From NCBI GenBank assembly GCA_002269645.1, contig NIVC01003303.1, positions 1 to 64,000 on the forward strand: 64,000 bases of DNA. Direction: 5' to 3'. The translations under genes and the position numbers were made by a program. The notes under the pieces were generated by a model that was not told the DNA's origin, made no database searches, and worked only from the letters and a program-made list of their open reading frames with translations. Numbering within the stretch: position 1 is the stretch's first letter; every line of letters starts with the position of its first letter. Positions 13,514 to 39,385 of this stretch are shown piece after piece. Source of the DNA: Macrostomum lignano (lineage: Eukaryota).

Positions 13514-16500
13514 TTACTCACAGTCACTATCATCTTCTTCAGTAAGATCCAACGACATTAATGGTTTCTTGTTGGCGCTGGCGGTGGAATTTTTCCTCGA
13601 AGTCGGTAGCAAGTTTCGACGCTTCGGTCGCTGTTTGGTGATCGAGATTGTGGACTTAGTCGTCATATCGGATTTGTCCACTTGAACTATTGGCGTTGGC
13701 GTTGCCAGGCGCCAAGTCTGCGTAATCGCTAACGGAGGTACAGGCAAATCCTGAGTGGTGGCTACCGGAGCTTGAGGCTGATTGAAAAGCGAAAGACTCA
13801 GTGGGACCTCATGGCTCTCCGAGTCAACTACGTAGCAATTGTTGTTGTTAGCCAGAAGGCCAACAAGTCTTTCAAACAGGCCCTCGCGATAGTAGCTACG
13901 AAAAGCTTCAACGACCAGTTTAGGATCTGCTCCGGTCTCTAGTTGAGCAATCAGGCTGTACAGTTTGCCAACGCCCGACTGCAGGACCTCCTGGATGCTG
14001 TCCAGTGCACCACTGATGCTGCTAACGTTGACGGATTCGATGTTGGACAGGATTGAAGCTACGGACAGCGAGGTGGAAAAGGTCTGCAATGGCATTGCAA
14101 TCACGCACAGTATAGCGCACAGTCACGCACAGGGTGGCACTGAGGTGGCAGTGGTTTCAGGGGGTGGCACTGAGGTGGTAGGGGGTTCAGGAGGTGACAC
14201 TGAGGTGGTAGGGTTTCAGGAGCTGGCACTAAGATGGTAGGGTTTCAGGAGCTGGCACTAAGGTGGTAGGGGTTTCAGGGGGTGGCACTAAGGTGGTAGG
14301 GGTTTCAGGGGGTGGCACTAAGGTGGTAGGGGTTTCAGGGGGTGGCACTAAGGTGGTAGGGGTTTCAGGGGGTGGCAATAAGGTGGTAGGGGTTTCAGGG
14401 GGTGGCACTAAGGTGATAGGGGTTTCAGGAGGTGGCACTGAGGTGGTAGGGGTTTCAGGAGGTGGCAATAAGGTGGTAGGGGTTTCAGGGGGTGGCACTA
14501 AGGTGGTAGGGGTTTCAGGGGGTGGCAATAAGGTGATAGGGGTTTCAGGTGGTGGCACTAAGGTGGTAGGGGTTTCAGGAGATGGCACTAAGGTGGTAGG
14601 GGTTTCAGGGGGTGGCACTGAGGTGGTAGGGGTTTCAGGAAATGGCACTAAGGTGCCAGGTGGTAGGGGTTTCAGGGGTGGCACTAAGGTGGTAGGGGTT
14701 TCAGGGGTGGCACTAAGGTGGTAGGGGTTTCAGGGGTGGCACCGATATGAAGTCGGTAGCAAGTTTCGACGCTTCGGTCGCTGTTTGGTGATCGAGATTG
14801 TGGACTTAGTCGTCATATCGGATTTGTCCACTTGAACTATTGGCGTTGGCGTTGCCAGGCGCCAAGTCTGCGTAATCGCTAACGGAGGTACAGGCAAATC
14901 CTGAGTGGTGGCTACCGGAGCTTGAGGCTGATTGAAAAGCGAAAGACTCAGTGGGACCTCATGGCTCTCCGAGTCAACTACGTAGCAATTGTTGTTGTTA
15001 GCCAGAAGGCCAACAAGTCTTTCAAACAGGCCCTCGCGATAGTAGCTACGAAAAGCTTCAACGACCAGTTTAGGATCTGCTCCGGTCTCTAGTTGAGCAA
15101 TCAGGCTGTACAGTTTGCCAACGCCCGACTGCAGGACCTCCTGGATGCTGTCCAGTGCACCACTGATGCTGCTAACGTTGACGGATTCGATGTTGGACAG
15201 GATTGAAGCTACGGACAGCGAGGTGGAAAAGGTCTGCAATGGCATTGCAATCACGCACAGTATAGCGCACAGTCACGCACAGGGTGGCACTGAGGTGGCA
15301 GTGGTTTCAGGGGGTGGCACTGAGGTGGTAGGGGGTTCAGGAGGTGACACTGAGGTGGTAGGGTTTCAGGAGCTGGCACTAAGATGGTAGGGTTTCAGGA
15401 GCTGGCACTAAGGTGGTAGGGGTTTCAGGAGATGGCACTAAGGTGGTAGGGGTTTCAGGAGATGGCACTAAGGTGGTAGGGGTTTCAGGAGATGGCACTA
15501 AGGTGGTAGGGGTTTCAGGAGATGGCACTAAGGTGGTAGGGGTTTCAGGAGATGGCACTAAGGTGGTAGGGGTTTCAGGAGATGGCACTAAGGTGGTAGG
15601 GGTTTCAGGAGGTGGCAATAAGGTGGTAGGGGGTTCAGGAGGTGACACTGAGGTGGTAGGGTTTCAGGAGCTGGCACTAAGATGGTAGGGTTTCAGGAGC
15701 TGGCACTAAGGTGGTAGGGGTTTCAGGAGATGGCACTAAGGTGGTAGGGGTTTCAGGGGGTGGCACTGAGGTGGTAGGGGTTTCAGGAAATGGCACTAAG
15801 GTGCCAGGTGGTAGGGGTTTCAGGGGTGGCACTAAGGTGGTAGGGGTTTCAGGGGTGGCACTAAGGTGGTAGGGGTTTCAGGGGTGGCACTGAGGTGGCA
15901 GTGGTTTCAGGGGGTGGCACTAAGGTGTTTAGGGGTTTCAGGGGGTGGCACTAAGGTGGTAGGGGTTTCAGGGGGTGGCAATAAGGTGATAGGGGTTTCA
16001 AGGGGTGGCACTAAGGTGGTAGGGGTTTCAGGGGGTGGCACTGAGGTGGCAGTGGTTTCAGGGGGTGGCACTAAGGTGTTAGGGGTTTCAGGGGGTGGCA
16101 CTAAGGTGGCACTAAGGTGTTAGGGGTTTCAGAGGGTGGCACTAAGGTGGTAGGGTTTCAGGAGGTGGCAATAAGGTGGTAGGGGTTTCAGGGTGGCACT
16201 AAGGTGATAGGGGTTTCAGGGGGTGGCACTAAGGTGGTAGGGGTTTCAGGGGGTGGCACTAAAATGTTAGGGGTTTCAGGGGGTGGCACTAAGGTGGTAG
16301 GGGTTTCAGGAGGTGGCAATAAAATGTTAGGGGTTTCAGGGGGTGGCACTAAGGTGTTAGGGGTTTCAGGGGGTGGCAATAAAATGTTAGGGGTTTCAGG
16401 GGGTGGCACCAAGGTGATAGGGGTTTCAGGAGGTGGCAATAAAATGTTAGGGGTTTCAGGGGGTGGCACTAAGGTGTTAGGGGTTTCAGGGGTGGCAATA

Positions 16501-18524
16501 AAATGTTAGGGGTTTCAGGGGGTGGCACTAAGGTGATAGGGGTTTCAGGGGGTGGCACTAAGGTGATAGGGGTTTCAGGAGGTGGCACTAAGGTGGTAAG
16601 GGTTTCAGGGGGTGGCAATAAGGTGGTAGGGGTTTCAGGGGGTGGCACTAAAATGTTAGGGGTTTCAGGGGGTGGCACTAAGGTGGTAGGGGTTTCAGGG
16701 GGTGGCACTAAGGTGGTAGGGGTTTCAGGGGGTGGCAATAAGGTGGTAGGGGTTTCAGGGGGTGGCACTAAGGTGGTAGGGGTTTCAGGGGGTGGCAATA
16801 AGGTGGTAGGGGTTTCAGGGGTGGCACTAAGGTGGTAAGGGTTTCAGGGGGTGGCACTAAGGTGGTAAGGGTTTCAGGGGGTGGCACTAAGGTGGTAAGG
16901 GTTTCAGGGGGTGGCACTAAGGTGATAGGGGTTTCAGGGGTGGCACTAAGGTGGTAGGGGTTTCAGGGGGTGGCACTAAGGTGGTAGGGGTTTCAGGGGG
17001 TGGCACTAAGGTGGTAGGGGTTTCAGGGGGTGGCACTAAGGTGTTAGGGGTTTCAGGGGGTGGCACTAAGGTGTTAGGGGTTTCAGAGGGTGGCACTAAG
17101 GTGGTAGGGGTTTCAAGAGGTGGCAATAAGGTGGTAGGGGTTTCAGGGGGTGGCACTAAGGTGGTAGGGGTTTCAGGGGGTGGCAATAAGGTGATAGGGG
17201 TTTCAGGGGGTGGCACTAAGGTGGTAGGGGTTTCAGGAGGTGGCAATAAGGTGGTAGGGGTTTCAGGGGGTGGCACTAAGGTGGTAGGGGTTTCAGGGGG
17301 TGGCAATAAGGTGATAGGGTTTCAGGAGCTGGCACTAAGGTGGTAGGGGTTTCAGGAGATGGCACTAAGGTGGTAGGGGTTTCAGGGGGTGGCACTGAGG
17401 TGGTAGGGGTTTCAGGAAATGGCACTAAGGTGCCAGGTGGTAGGGGTTTCAGGGGTGGCACTAAGGTGGTAGGGGTTTCAGGGGTGGCACTAAGGTGGTA
17501 GGGGTTTCAGGGGTGGCACTGAGGTGGCAGTGGTTTCAGGGGGTGGCACTAAGGTGTTTAGGGGTTTCAGGGGGTGGCACTAAGGTGGTAGGGGTTTCAG
17601 GTGGTGGCACTAAGGTGGTAGGGGTTTCAGGGGGTGGCACTAAGGTGGTAGGGGTTTCAGGGGGTGGCAATAAGGTGGTAGGGGTTTCAGGGGGTGGCAC
17701 TAAGGTGGTAGGGGTTTCAGGGGGTGGCACTAAGGTGGTAGGGGTTTCAGGGGGTGGCAATAAGGTGGTAGGGGTTTCAGGGGGTGGCACTAAGGTGGTA
17801 GGGGTTTCAGGGGGTGGCAATAAGGTGGTAAGGGTTTCAGGGGGTGGCAATAAGGTGATAGGGGTTTCAGGAGGTGGCACTGAGGTGGCAGGGTGTTTTC
17901 GAGGGGAAGCATTGCACTGGAAAGGATTTATAAGGGTGGCACTGACCACTGACTTAGGAGGGTTTGGGGCACTAGCATAAATCACTACTAAAACAAACAA
18001 CTACTAAAAACGAATATACGTTGTTTATACAACCTATCTGGATAAATCTGCAATCAGTAAATACTGTGCCACGCCAACCCCAAGCCACGCATGATTTATG
18101 ACATTTAAAAAAAAACGAATTAAACGTCAAGGCAACCCAAATGGCCATGCAAGTTTACATTTTAGAGCCTCACTAAATCATCTGCCGTATTTTTGTTACA
18201 ACGACTTATGGATCTCGGGCACAAATCAGCTAATTTGCTAATTTATCTGATTCTAATGGTCACATTCATTTGTCTTCCTGTGTTAGTTTAAAAAACTTGA
18301 AAAAGAAAGTATGAAATAAGCGACTGTACCTGGCAGGGTCTAGCGATGGGCGGAGTAGAGGTAGAGCTGCACAGAACCGAAGTAGCATTGCAGGCGCAGC
18401 ATGTCCAGTTAACGTTTCGCAAAACTGTTTGAACCAATTGCGCCGTGTTACAGTTGCTGCATTGCACTATGCTGTACACGGGAATCAATATCGATTCTGC
18501 AGACGAGTGGCCTTCGTTATTCAT
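13514..18524 (-). CDS. Putative orphan two-exon gene with an N-terminal CxxC-x16-CxxC zinc ribbon (MRNIP-like motif)
   Basis: Exon 1 is 18524-18330 (MNNEG...VQCSNCNTAQLVQTVLRNVNWTCCACN...PCQ, donor CAG|GTACAG, phase 0). Exon 2 is 14083-13514 (acceptor TTGCAG|ACC, phase 0; TFSTSL...EEDDSDCE*). The joined ORF is ~254 aa. There is no expression evidence. Confidence 0.55.
14130..17890. repeat. 30-bp G-rich minisatellite (GGTGGCACTAAGGTGGTAGGGGTTTCAGGG), interrupted by the duplicated exon at 14749-15280
   Basis: Visible array; 29-bp variant units break the reading frames of the PPPETPTTLV and VVGVSGGGTK ORFs. Confidence 0.96.
14749..15420 (-). other. Tandem duplicate (offset 1150 bp) of 13599-~14270, carrying a 3'-truncated copy of exon 2 (15233-14730)
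   Basis: ORFs 13514-14104 and 14730-15254 are identical until LLPTS; nucleotide identity starts at 13599/14749. Confidence 0.93.
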
Positions 18525-20085
18525 AGGCTTATCAAATATCAATGCCTCTTAATTAATTAGTTATCAGTAATTAAGATAATATCCAATTTTAATTGCAGGT
18601 ACAGATTACCCTATAATCTTAACTTATGAGTCCTTTTGTAACTCTATTTGGGCCTCGGCATGCTAGATGTGCATAGTAAGTCCGGACCAAGAGAAGGAAA
18701 GGAACTAAAAAGGAAGGAAAACCCCAGGATTGGATTTTGGGTTGGGGGTTGGGGGTTGTGGCGGTGTGCGCTTCGTAGAGGGACATATTGGGGTGGTTGT
18801 TTTATTTTTAACCTATAGGAAAATGTGGGGTAGGGTTTAAGACTGTAAGGCCTAGGGTTTTAGGGCGGCTAGGACAGAGGGGCGGGCCTGTCTGGCTGGC
18901 CGCAAGGGCAAGAGGGATTTTCCTAACCCTCCTCGTTTTATTGCCCCTCAGATCGGAGTGTACACTAGCGATGACTCATCCAAATACTTCCTCCAATCAA
19001 GTGTCTAGCTTTAAATTCCGATTAAAGTCAAGCCAATTAAAAACTAACGATTTCGATCCACTGAGCAGTAGAAACCGAACAACTTTTAATTGACCGTTTA
19101 ACGGCAATAGCATTCATTCTTCCAACTCCTCAATTCCTAATTTACTAATCAGATCGTTTCAAATTTTGAGTTAACGGTATCCGTTCAGCTTTACTATATA
19201 TTGCGGACGGACGGGCTCAGTAGCGGTATGGACAACTTAATGACTATTATTACGAGTTTGTCCTTGCTCTCTGTAGAAGCACGTCTGTTGATTTAAAATT
19301 AGCTGGATAACTATAATGCACTAATAAATTAGGCAGGTAACTCGTATAGAAGTATGTATCAGTTCAAGACAATCCTTCACAAAAGTACAGAATGTACTTT
19401 TTACTTTTTTGCTCGCTATAGGATCTAGAGTCCTGACCGGTTTTCAGATGACCCGAGATATCAGATCCTTCCCAATAGACGCGTCTGTGCGCATTACCCA
19501 CTTTTCATTCCTAATGAAATGAAAGTCACGCCACCTATAGAAGTAACAATAAGTGAGCTTGATAGCAAAATAATTGGACCACTTGTTCATGCACATTTAA
19601 CATATTGTGCACCCCATATGAGCAGTGTTAGTGAATGCTTAACATTCGTTCCAATTCGTGTGGATCGCTATATATATGAGGCATGAGTATGACAAGACTG
19701 CCCCATCGATCAGGTTTCAGGTCAGGTGACAGCTTCCTAAGCTACGGATTTAGATTACTTGATTGGTAAGCTCAGCTGATGGACTACATAAAAATGGCAG
19801 TTCAAATGCCGTTTAGCAAAGTGTATCTATAAAAACTGCATGGGGCAGAGAAAAAGCAAGAGAAGAAGAACAGCAATTGTACGCAGAGCGCAAAAAACGC
19901 ATTGTACAGTAGCGCTACGCAGGCAAGGCCGGCCTTATAAAAGCTCTGCAGTTTCAGAACACAGACAGCTTCGTAGATGGAGTTACAAACAATAGACCCC
20001 TAGCTGTGCAGCTCATTATAGCGTGTGACTGAGAACCGCCATTGCTTAAATTTTCGCCCTAGATCTATTTAGATCAGAGTAAATC

Positions 20086-23000
20086 ATGCCAGAAGAAACT
20101 TCACTGGAACGGGAAGAAGTGACACCGTTAAGTGAACAAGACAGCGAGATTAATTCTGCGAATGAATGCGGCGTCGCCTACAAAGCCCCTGACGGCGGCT
20201 GGGGCTGGGTTGTAGTGTTCAGCAGCTTCTTCATCCACGTACTCATGGACGGCTTTACTTTCTCTTACGGCGTCATCGCGGCCGAGCTAGCCCTGGACGA
20301 GGCGATGGGCGTCTCCAGACAGTTAAATGGTTGGACATCCTCGGTGCTGACGGGCATCAAGCTCGGCGGGTCGCCTCTAGTCAGTTTAGTTAGTAGACGG
20401 TTCGGCGATCGGCCAGTGACAATGGTCGGAGCCTGCGTTGCTGCTTCAGGCCTGGCGCTGTCTTATTTTGCTGTCAAACCGTGGGTTCTTCTCATCAGCA
20501 TCGGAGTGATCACGGGCAAGTTGGCTGTGAGAAATTTAACGGGCCTGGTAGTAACTAAGGATTCACTTAAATTCGTCTTCGGTAGTAACTTAGCACGTAG
20601 CAAGGCTTACAAAGGCCCAAAACCTGCTAGCACGAAGCTAGGAGTCAAAGAGACTTTTTTACGAGGTCCTTGTAGGTCAGGCCACATGCGGCCCGCCAAG
20701 CCCTACCCGGCCCTCGGGCCTTTTGAAACTTCAGAATAGCAATCCGGCCCCGCTCAAGGTATTTTTTCATTTTCCTCTCTCATCTTCCCTCTCTCCCTCT
20801 CGCCTCTTCTTTCTCTTCTCTCTCCTCTCCACTCCCTCTCTCCTCTCCTCTCTTCCCTCTCTCCCCTCTCCTCGATCCTCTCTAGCCTTTCAAACCCTCT
20901 CTCCCCTCTCCTCGATCCTCTCTCCCCTTTCAACCCCTCTCTCCCCTCTCCTCGATCCTCTCTCCCCTTTCAACCCCTCTCTCCCCTCTCCTCGATCCTC
21001 TCTAGCCTTTCAACCCCTCTCTCCCCTCTCCTCGATCCTCTCTAGCCTTTCAACCCCTCTCTCCCCTCTCCTCGATCCTCTCTCCCCTTTCAATCCCTCT
21101 CTCCTCTTCCCTCCCTCTCTCCTCTCTCATCTCGCTTCTCTCTTCCTCTCTAATCTCCCCTCTTCTCTCTTTGGCTTGCAGTCTTTCGCTAGATTCTATA
21201 CCTGGCCCTTAGGTTAAATGCAGAAACCTTTTAGAAAAATGCCGTCTGTAGGACGCGTGAATTAAGTAGCAGTACGTACGTACATGTACATGCATGCGCA
21301 CATAAAGAATAAAACTGCTAACAAATGAATATTAAGAGTAACTACGAGCCCTTTTAACATTCATTTATTCAATAACAGATTTTCTTATAACATACATGAA
21401 CAGGCATCGGCACTAGCCTGATGTACTTACCATCAATGGTCATTGTTGGCTTATACTTTGACAAGCGTCGCTCTACAGCAATGGGTATCGCGTTTGGTGG
21501 CTCTGGACTTGGTAAGCTAAAGAAGCTATGCATGCACACCAGGGTGTGGGATCAGACAGTCCACTGTACGAAGATGGTTTTAGAGTAGCTGGTAGTAAAC
21601 TACTGATGTGTAGTCAGATATTCTGCTGGTTAGTCAACAATGTGATAAGCGACACTTGTCCCTTGAGCGTGCAACTCAAGCAGAGGTAAAGGGCCCGAGA
21701 GTGCATAGTGTTTTCAGAGGATCGGAGAGAGTTAAGGGATGGAGGGATCTAGTGGAGAATTCGGGTTGCTCAAACTGACTCGCAACACATATTTAAGGTA
21801 TGTTTGCACTCGGCCCTCTCATGGAGTACCTAATGGACGTATACTCATGGCGCGGAGCACTGCTTGTCCTAGCTGGCATCATGCTCAATGGTGTCGTGTT
21901 CGCTAGTCTGATGAGACCGCTGCCAAAAAGACCAAGAGCAGCAACAGAAGCAGCATCGTCAGCATCAGCAGAAAATAAATCCTCTTCAGACCATCTATCG
22001 AGGCTGAAGACGCTGCTAAGCGACAGGAATTTCCAACTGTTCCTACTGTCCCAACTGGTGTTCGATTTCGGCTTCGATACGCCATTTCTGTACGCCCCGG
22101 ACAGGGCTAGGAAAGCCGGACACTCGGGCCTGTTGGCGGCTCTGCTCATCTCAATCATGGGCGCGTCCAATGTAGCTGGTAGATTTGGCTTTGGATTTGT
22201 GCTAGACCGACTGGCCAGGTGCAAGTGCGCCGTTGACAAGACCGCGATGCAGGGCGTCACGATGCTTGGCGCTGGGCTAGCTGCACTGGGAGCCGTGCTG
22301 TCCGAGTCCTACGTAGTTATGGTGGCACACGGCGTGGCCTATGGGCTGTTTATTGGTGAGTTTGCAATTCTCATCGAGCTTAGGGTCTGAGGGCTTGGCT
22401 CTGCTCGTGCAGTTAACGGCTTTGAAGGCCACCCCCCCCCCCCCCAAAGGCACAGTGAAGTGTACATGCCTAACGATAAATAAAGTCGGGGCCGCTGTAC
22501 ACTCTTGTGCGAGTGTGTGCCTGCTTAATTACTCGTATGTACCTGCTCATGGGAGTCGGCGGAATGGGCAGTAATGCCTCTTGCAGGTGGTGTACGTGAC
22601 AATGTCGCTTGAATTGCGCCAGGGCGCAGACAGCCCCCTGCCTCTAATAATGAAAAATAATAAATTCGTCTTCCTTGTTAGCTAGTCAGTTAGCGGTCAG
22701 CTTTGAGCACTGTCAATACAGTAGTAATGGGTTTTACTTTAGATTGAGGGTCAGAGGGGCAACCCCAAGCTATTCTGGCTTGAGCCAATAAAAAATTAAC
22801 ATTAACAACAGTTCTCCCGTCGTTTGACTCTTCAGTCAGTGGGATCTGAAAGTGATGCCACCAAGGACTTCTAGACTAACTAGTCTAGTCTAGTAGTCTA
22901 CTAGTCTAGAAGTCCTTGGATGCCACTAGAACCAATTGATGTGTACCTGTGTAATAATGCATACATTGTGTACATATGCTGCTCATCTCTCTACTTAACC

Positions 23001-23640
23001 TTACGTGCACAGGTGGATTCATTTCTGTTACACCTGCCGTTTGCGCTCACCTGCTGGGACCGGAGAATCTGAGCTACTCATACGGCGTTACTCTGCTCTG
23101 TCAGTCTGTCGGCGTTGTGCTGGGACCTCCATTAACAGGTGCAACTACATTTAATTGTCTGACCTACAGGCAATTTAGATTAGGGTACCAATATCGGTTC
23201 ACAGAATTTATGCAAACTTGTGTGGGAAGGTGTGTTGCACAGAAACTCATCTATGAGCGCGTCTGCTGTGTGGAAATAAAAATATGGATGAGACTAAAAA
23301 CTTGTGTTCTGTAATATTTTGAGTAGGCCAGGCCAGTGTCGCTACCTTAGGTACCTGGCAAGCGAAGCGAACAATAAGATACCCACCGCTAACACCTGTA
23401 TCAACAGGAGCCATTTTTGATGCCACCCGTTCGTTCGACGCCTCCTACCTGACGGCCGCCGCCTTCATGCTAATCGGCAGTTTCATTGCCATGCCGTTGC
23501 CATGGCTGGTCAAACAGCAACGCGCCACCGCGGAAGCAGCAACAGCAGCTAAAGCCACAGCCGCCGCCGCCGCAGCAGCCGTTGATGGAGGCGTCCCTCT
23601 GATCGACTCAACCTTAGTTGAGCTGAATACTAGCGCCTGA
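20086..23640 (+). CDS. MFS monocarboxylate transporter (SLC16/MCT family), 5 exons, ~484 aa
   Basis: Exons 20086-20515, 21404-21511, 21798-22355, 23013-23138, 23408-23640; all introns are phase 1. Family motifs APDGGWGWVVV, YFDKRRSTAMGIAFGGSG and GRFGFG are present with about 12 hydrophobic segments. Intron 1 has a GC donor (G|GCAAGT). Confidence 0.93.
20775..21170. repeat. CT-rich low-complexity / minisatellite tract in MFS intron 1
   Basis: Repeated CTCTCCCCTCTCCTCGATCCTCTCT...TTTCAACC units. Confidence 0.9.
22861..22919. mobile_element. 59-bp foldback/micro-MITE with 18-bp perfect TIRs and a 6-bp flanking direct repeat
   Basis: CCAAGGACTTCTAGACTA (22861-22878) and TAGTCTAGAAGTCCTTGG (22902-22919) are exact reverse complements; ATGCCA flanks both sides (22855-22860, 22920-22925). 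Confidence 0.7.
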
Positions 23641-23946
23641 CCGAACCCAGAAAATGTTGACTCAGGATATTTCTGCCCTAGTAAATCTCGCCATTTATTT
23701 TATAAGACCTATTGATCAAATATTTATAAATGCCTCAACTAGATAGCTGAGCGAAAGCAAAGTTTGTCGAGCGCTCTTCTATATGTATATGAACTTCTAA
23801 ACATAGAAATACAATGTTTATAAGATGAGGGGTGCAATTTGCTCACTTAGATTTAGAGGCATCGACAGTTAAACCGTTAAAAGCATGCTGAAAACTTTTT
23901 TCTACATGCACTTATTAGAATAGATAGGCTCACGTTTTCGTTCAGG

Positions 23947-24072
23947 CTGTCTGTCTGTCTGCCTGTCTGTCTGCCTGTCTATCTGTCTGTCTGTCTGTCT
24001 GCCTGTCTGTCTGTTCTGTCTGTATGTTTGCCTGTCTGTCTGTATGTTTGCCTGTCCGTCTGTCTTTCTGCG

Positions 24073-24122
<50 letters not shown>

Positions 24123-24151
24123 ATGTTTGCCTGTCCGTCTGTCTTTCTGCG

Positions 24152-24193
<42 letters not shown>

Positions 24194-24222
24194 ATGTTTG
24201 CCTGTCCGTCTGTCTTTCTGCG

Positions 24223-24256
<34 letters not shown>

Positions 24257-24285
24257 ATGTTTGCCTGTCCGTCTGTCTTTCTGCG

Positions 24286-24335
<50 letters not shown>

Positions 24336-24364
24336 ATGTTTGCCTGTCCGTCTGTCTTTCTGCG

Positions 24365-24402
<38 letters not shown>

Positions 24403-24498
24403 ATGTTTGCCTGTCCGTCTGTCTTTCTGCGGTCTGTCTATCTGTCTGTCTGTCTGTCTGTCTGTCTGTATGTTTGCCTGTCCGTCTGTCTTTCTGCG

Positions 24499-24552
<54 letters not shown>

Positions 24553-24581
24553 ATGTTTGCCTGTCCGTCTGTCTTTCTGCG

Positions 24582-24627
<46 letters not shown>

Positions 24628-24669
24628 ATGTTTGCCTGTCCGTCTGTCTTTCTGCGGTCTGTCTGTCTA

Positions 24670-24743
<74 letters not shown>

Positions 24744-24753
24744 GGTCTGTCTA

Positions 24754-24799
<46 letters not shown>

Positions 24800-24837
24800 G
24801 GTCTGTCTATCTGTCTGTCTGTCCGTCTGTCTGTCTG
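23947..24837. repeat. Compound (CTGT)n microsatellite with a recurrent 31-bp interruption
   Basis: (CTGT)n blocks separated by ATGTTTGCCTGTCCGTCTGTCTTTCTGCGGT. Confidence 0.95.
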
Positions 24838-25383
24838 CTAATTTCTCTAAGTTATCAATAAAAACAAACCAATTCGTCATTATCAAACTGTCGTTTTCGT
24901 TACATCAGCATAAAAAAGACACAGAATTGCACTACTTACAGTGTCAAAAGTCTATCTATTTCTTGAAAGAATAAAACGAATTAATAACCGCAGTCGGTGC
25001 ACAAATATTGCGACTTCAGTCAAACAGTCCTACTTGTAAGTAGTAAAGTAAGAGCATGTTTTCGGTAGACAATAAGAGTAAGAAAAATATTATAAGAAAA
25101 AGCTGAACTGCGTTGAACTTTGCGTCGATGTATTTTACAACTTTAGCTTAAAGCTTTCACAGTGCTAGTAAAAATTATATCCTATAAAGAGGAATAATAA
25201 AAACAACTACACTGACTATAATAAATATGAACACAATATCTATAGATAAGGAAAAAGCAAGACTTCAAGTTGACGATTTAAACAAATGACAAGCTGTACA
25301 CACAGATTCACAGATTCTTTTAAGCTCTTACGGGTGTACCATCAGAATTGAAAGTTGATGGAGCCGGTTTATATCGAGCCTCT

Positions 25384-38875
<13,492 letters not shown>

Positions 38876-38924
38876 AGGCGCATGAATGCGAAGGCAGAGG
38901 AAGTGGAATCCTAATTTACAATGA

Positions 38925-39385
38925 GGGGATTAAGAGATCAAGGATCAGGATAGGGGATTAAGAAATCAGGGATCAGGATAGGGGATTAAGAGATCAGGGA
39001 TCAGGATAGGGGATTAAGAGATCAGGGATCAGGATATGGGATGAGGAGATCAGGGATCAGGATAGGGGATTAAGAGACCAGGGATCAGGATAGGGGATTA
39101 AGAGATCAGGGATCAGGATATGGGATTAAGAGATCAGGGATCAGGATAGGGGATTAAGAGATCAGGGATCAGGATAGAGGATTAAGAGATCAGGGATCAG
39201 GATAGGGGATTAAGATATCAGGGATCAGGATAGGGGATTAAGAGATCAGGGATCAGGATAGGGATTAAGAGATCAGGGATCAGGATAGGGGATTAAGAGA
39301 TCAGGGATCAGGATATGGGATGAGGAGATCAGGGATCAGGATATGGGATGAGGAGATCAGGGATCAGGATACGGGATTAAGAAAT
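38925..39385. repeat. 28-bp minisatellite (TCAGGATAGGGGATTAAGAGATCAGGGA)
   Basis: Visible array just upstream of the TMUB ATG. Confidence 0.95.

Noticed and set aside
14229-18000. PPPETPTTLV mucin-like ORFs on the same strand as the orphan gene
   Set aside because: Frequent 29-bp units shift the frame, both strands are equally open, and I found no flanking splice sites in register. These are a by-product of the minisatellite.
24024-24974. Long VCLS/QTDR ORFs (also 26858-27337 and 37882-38743)
   Set aside because: They are stop-free translations of (CTGT/GACA)n microsatellites.
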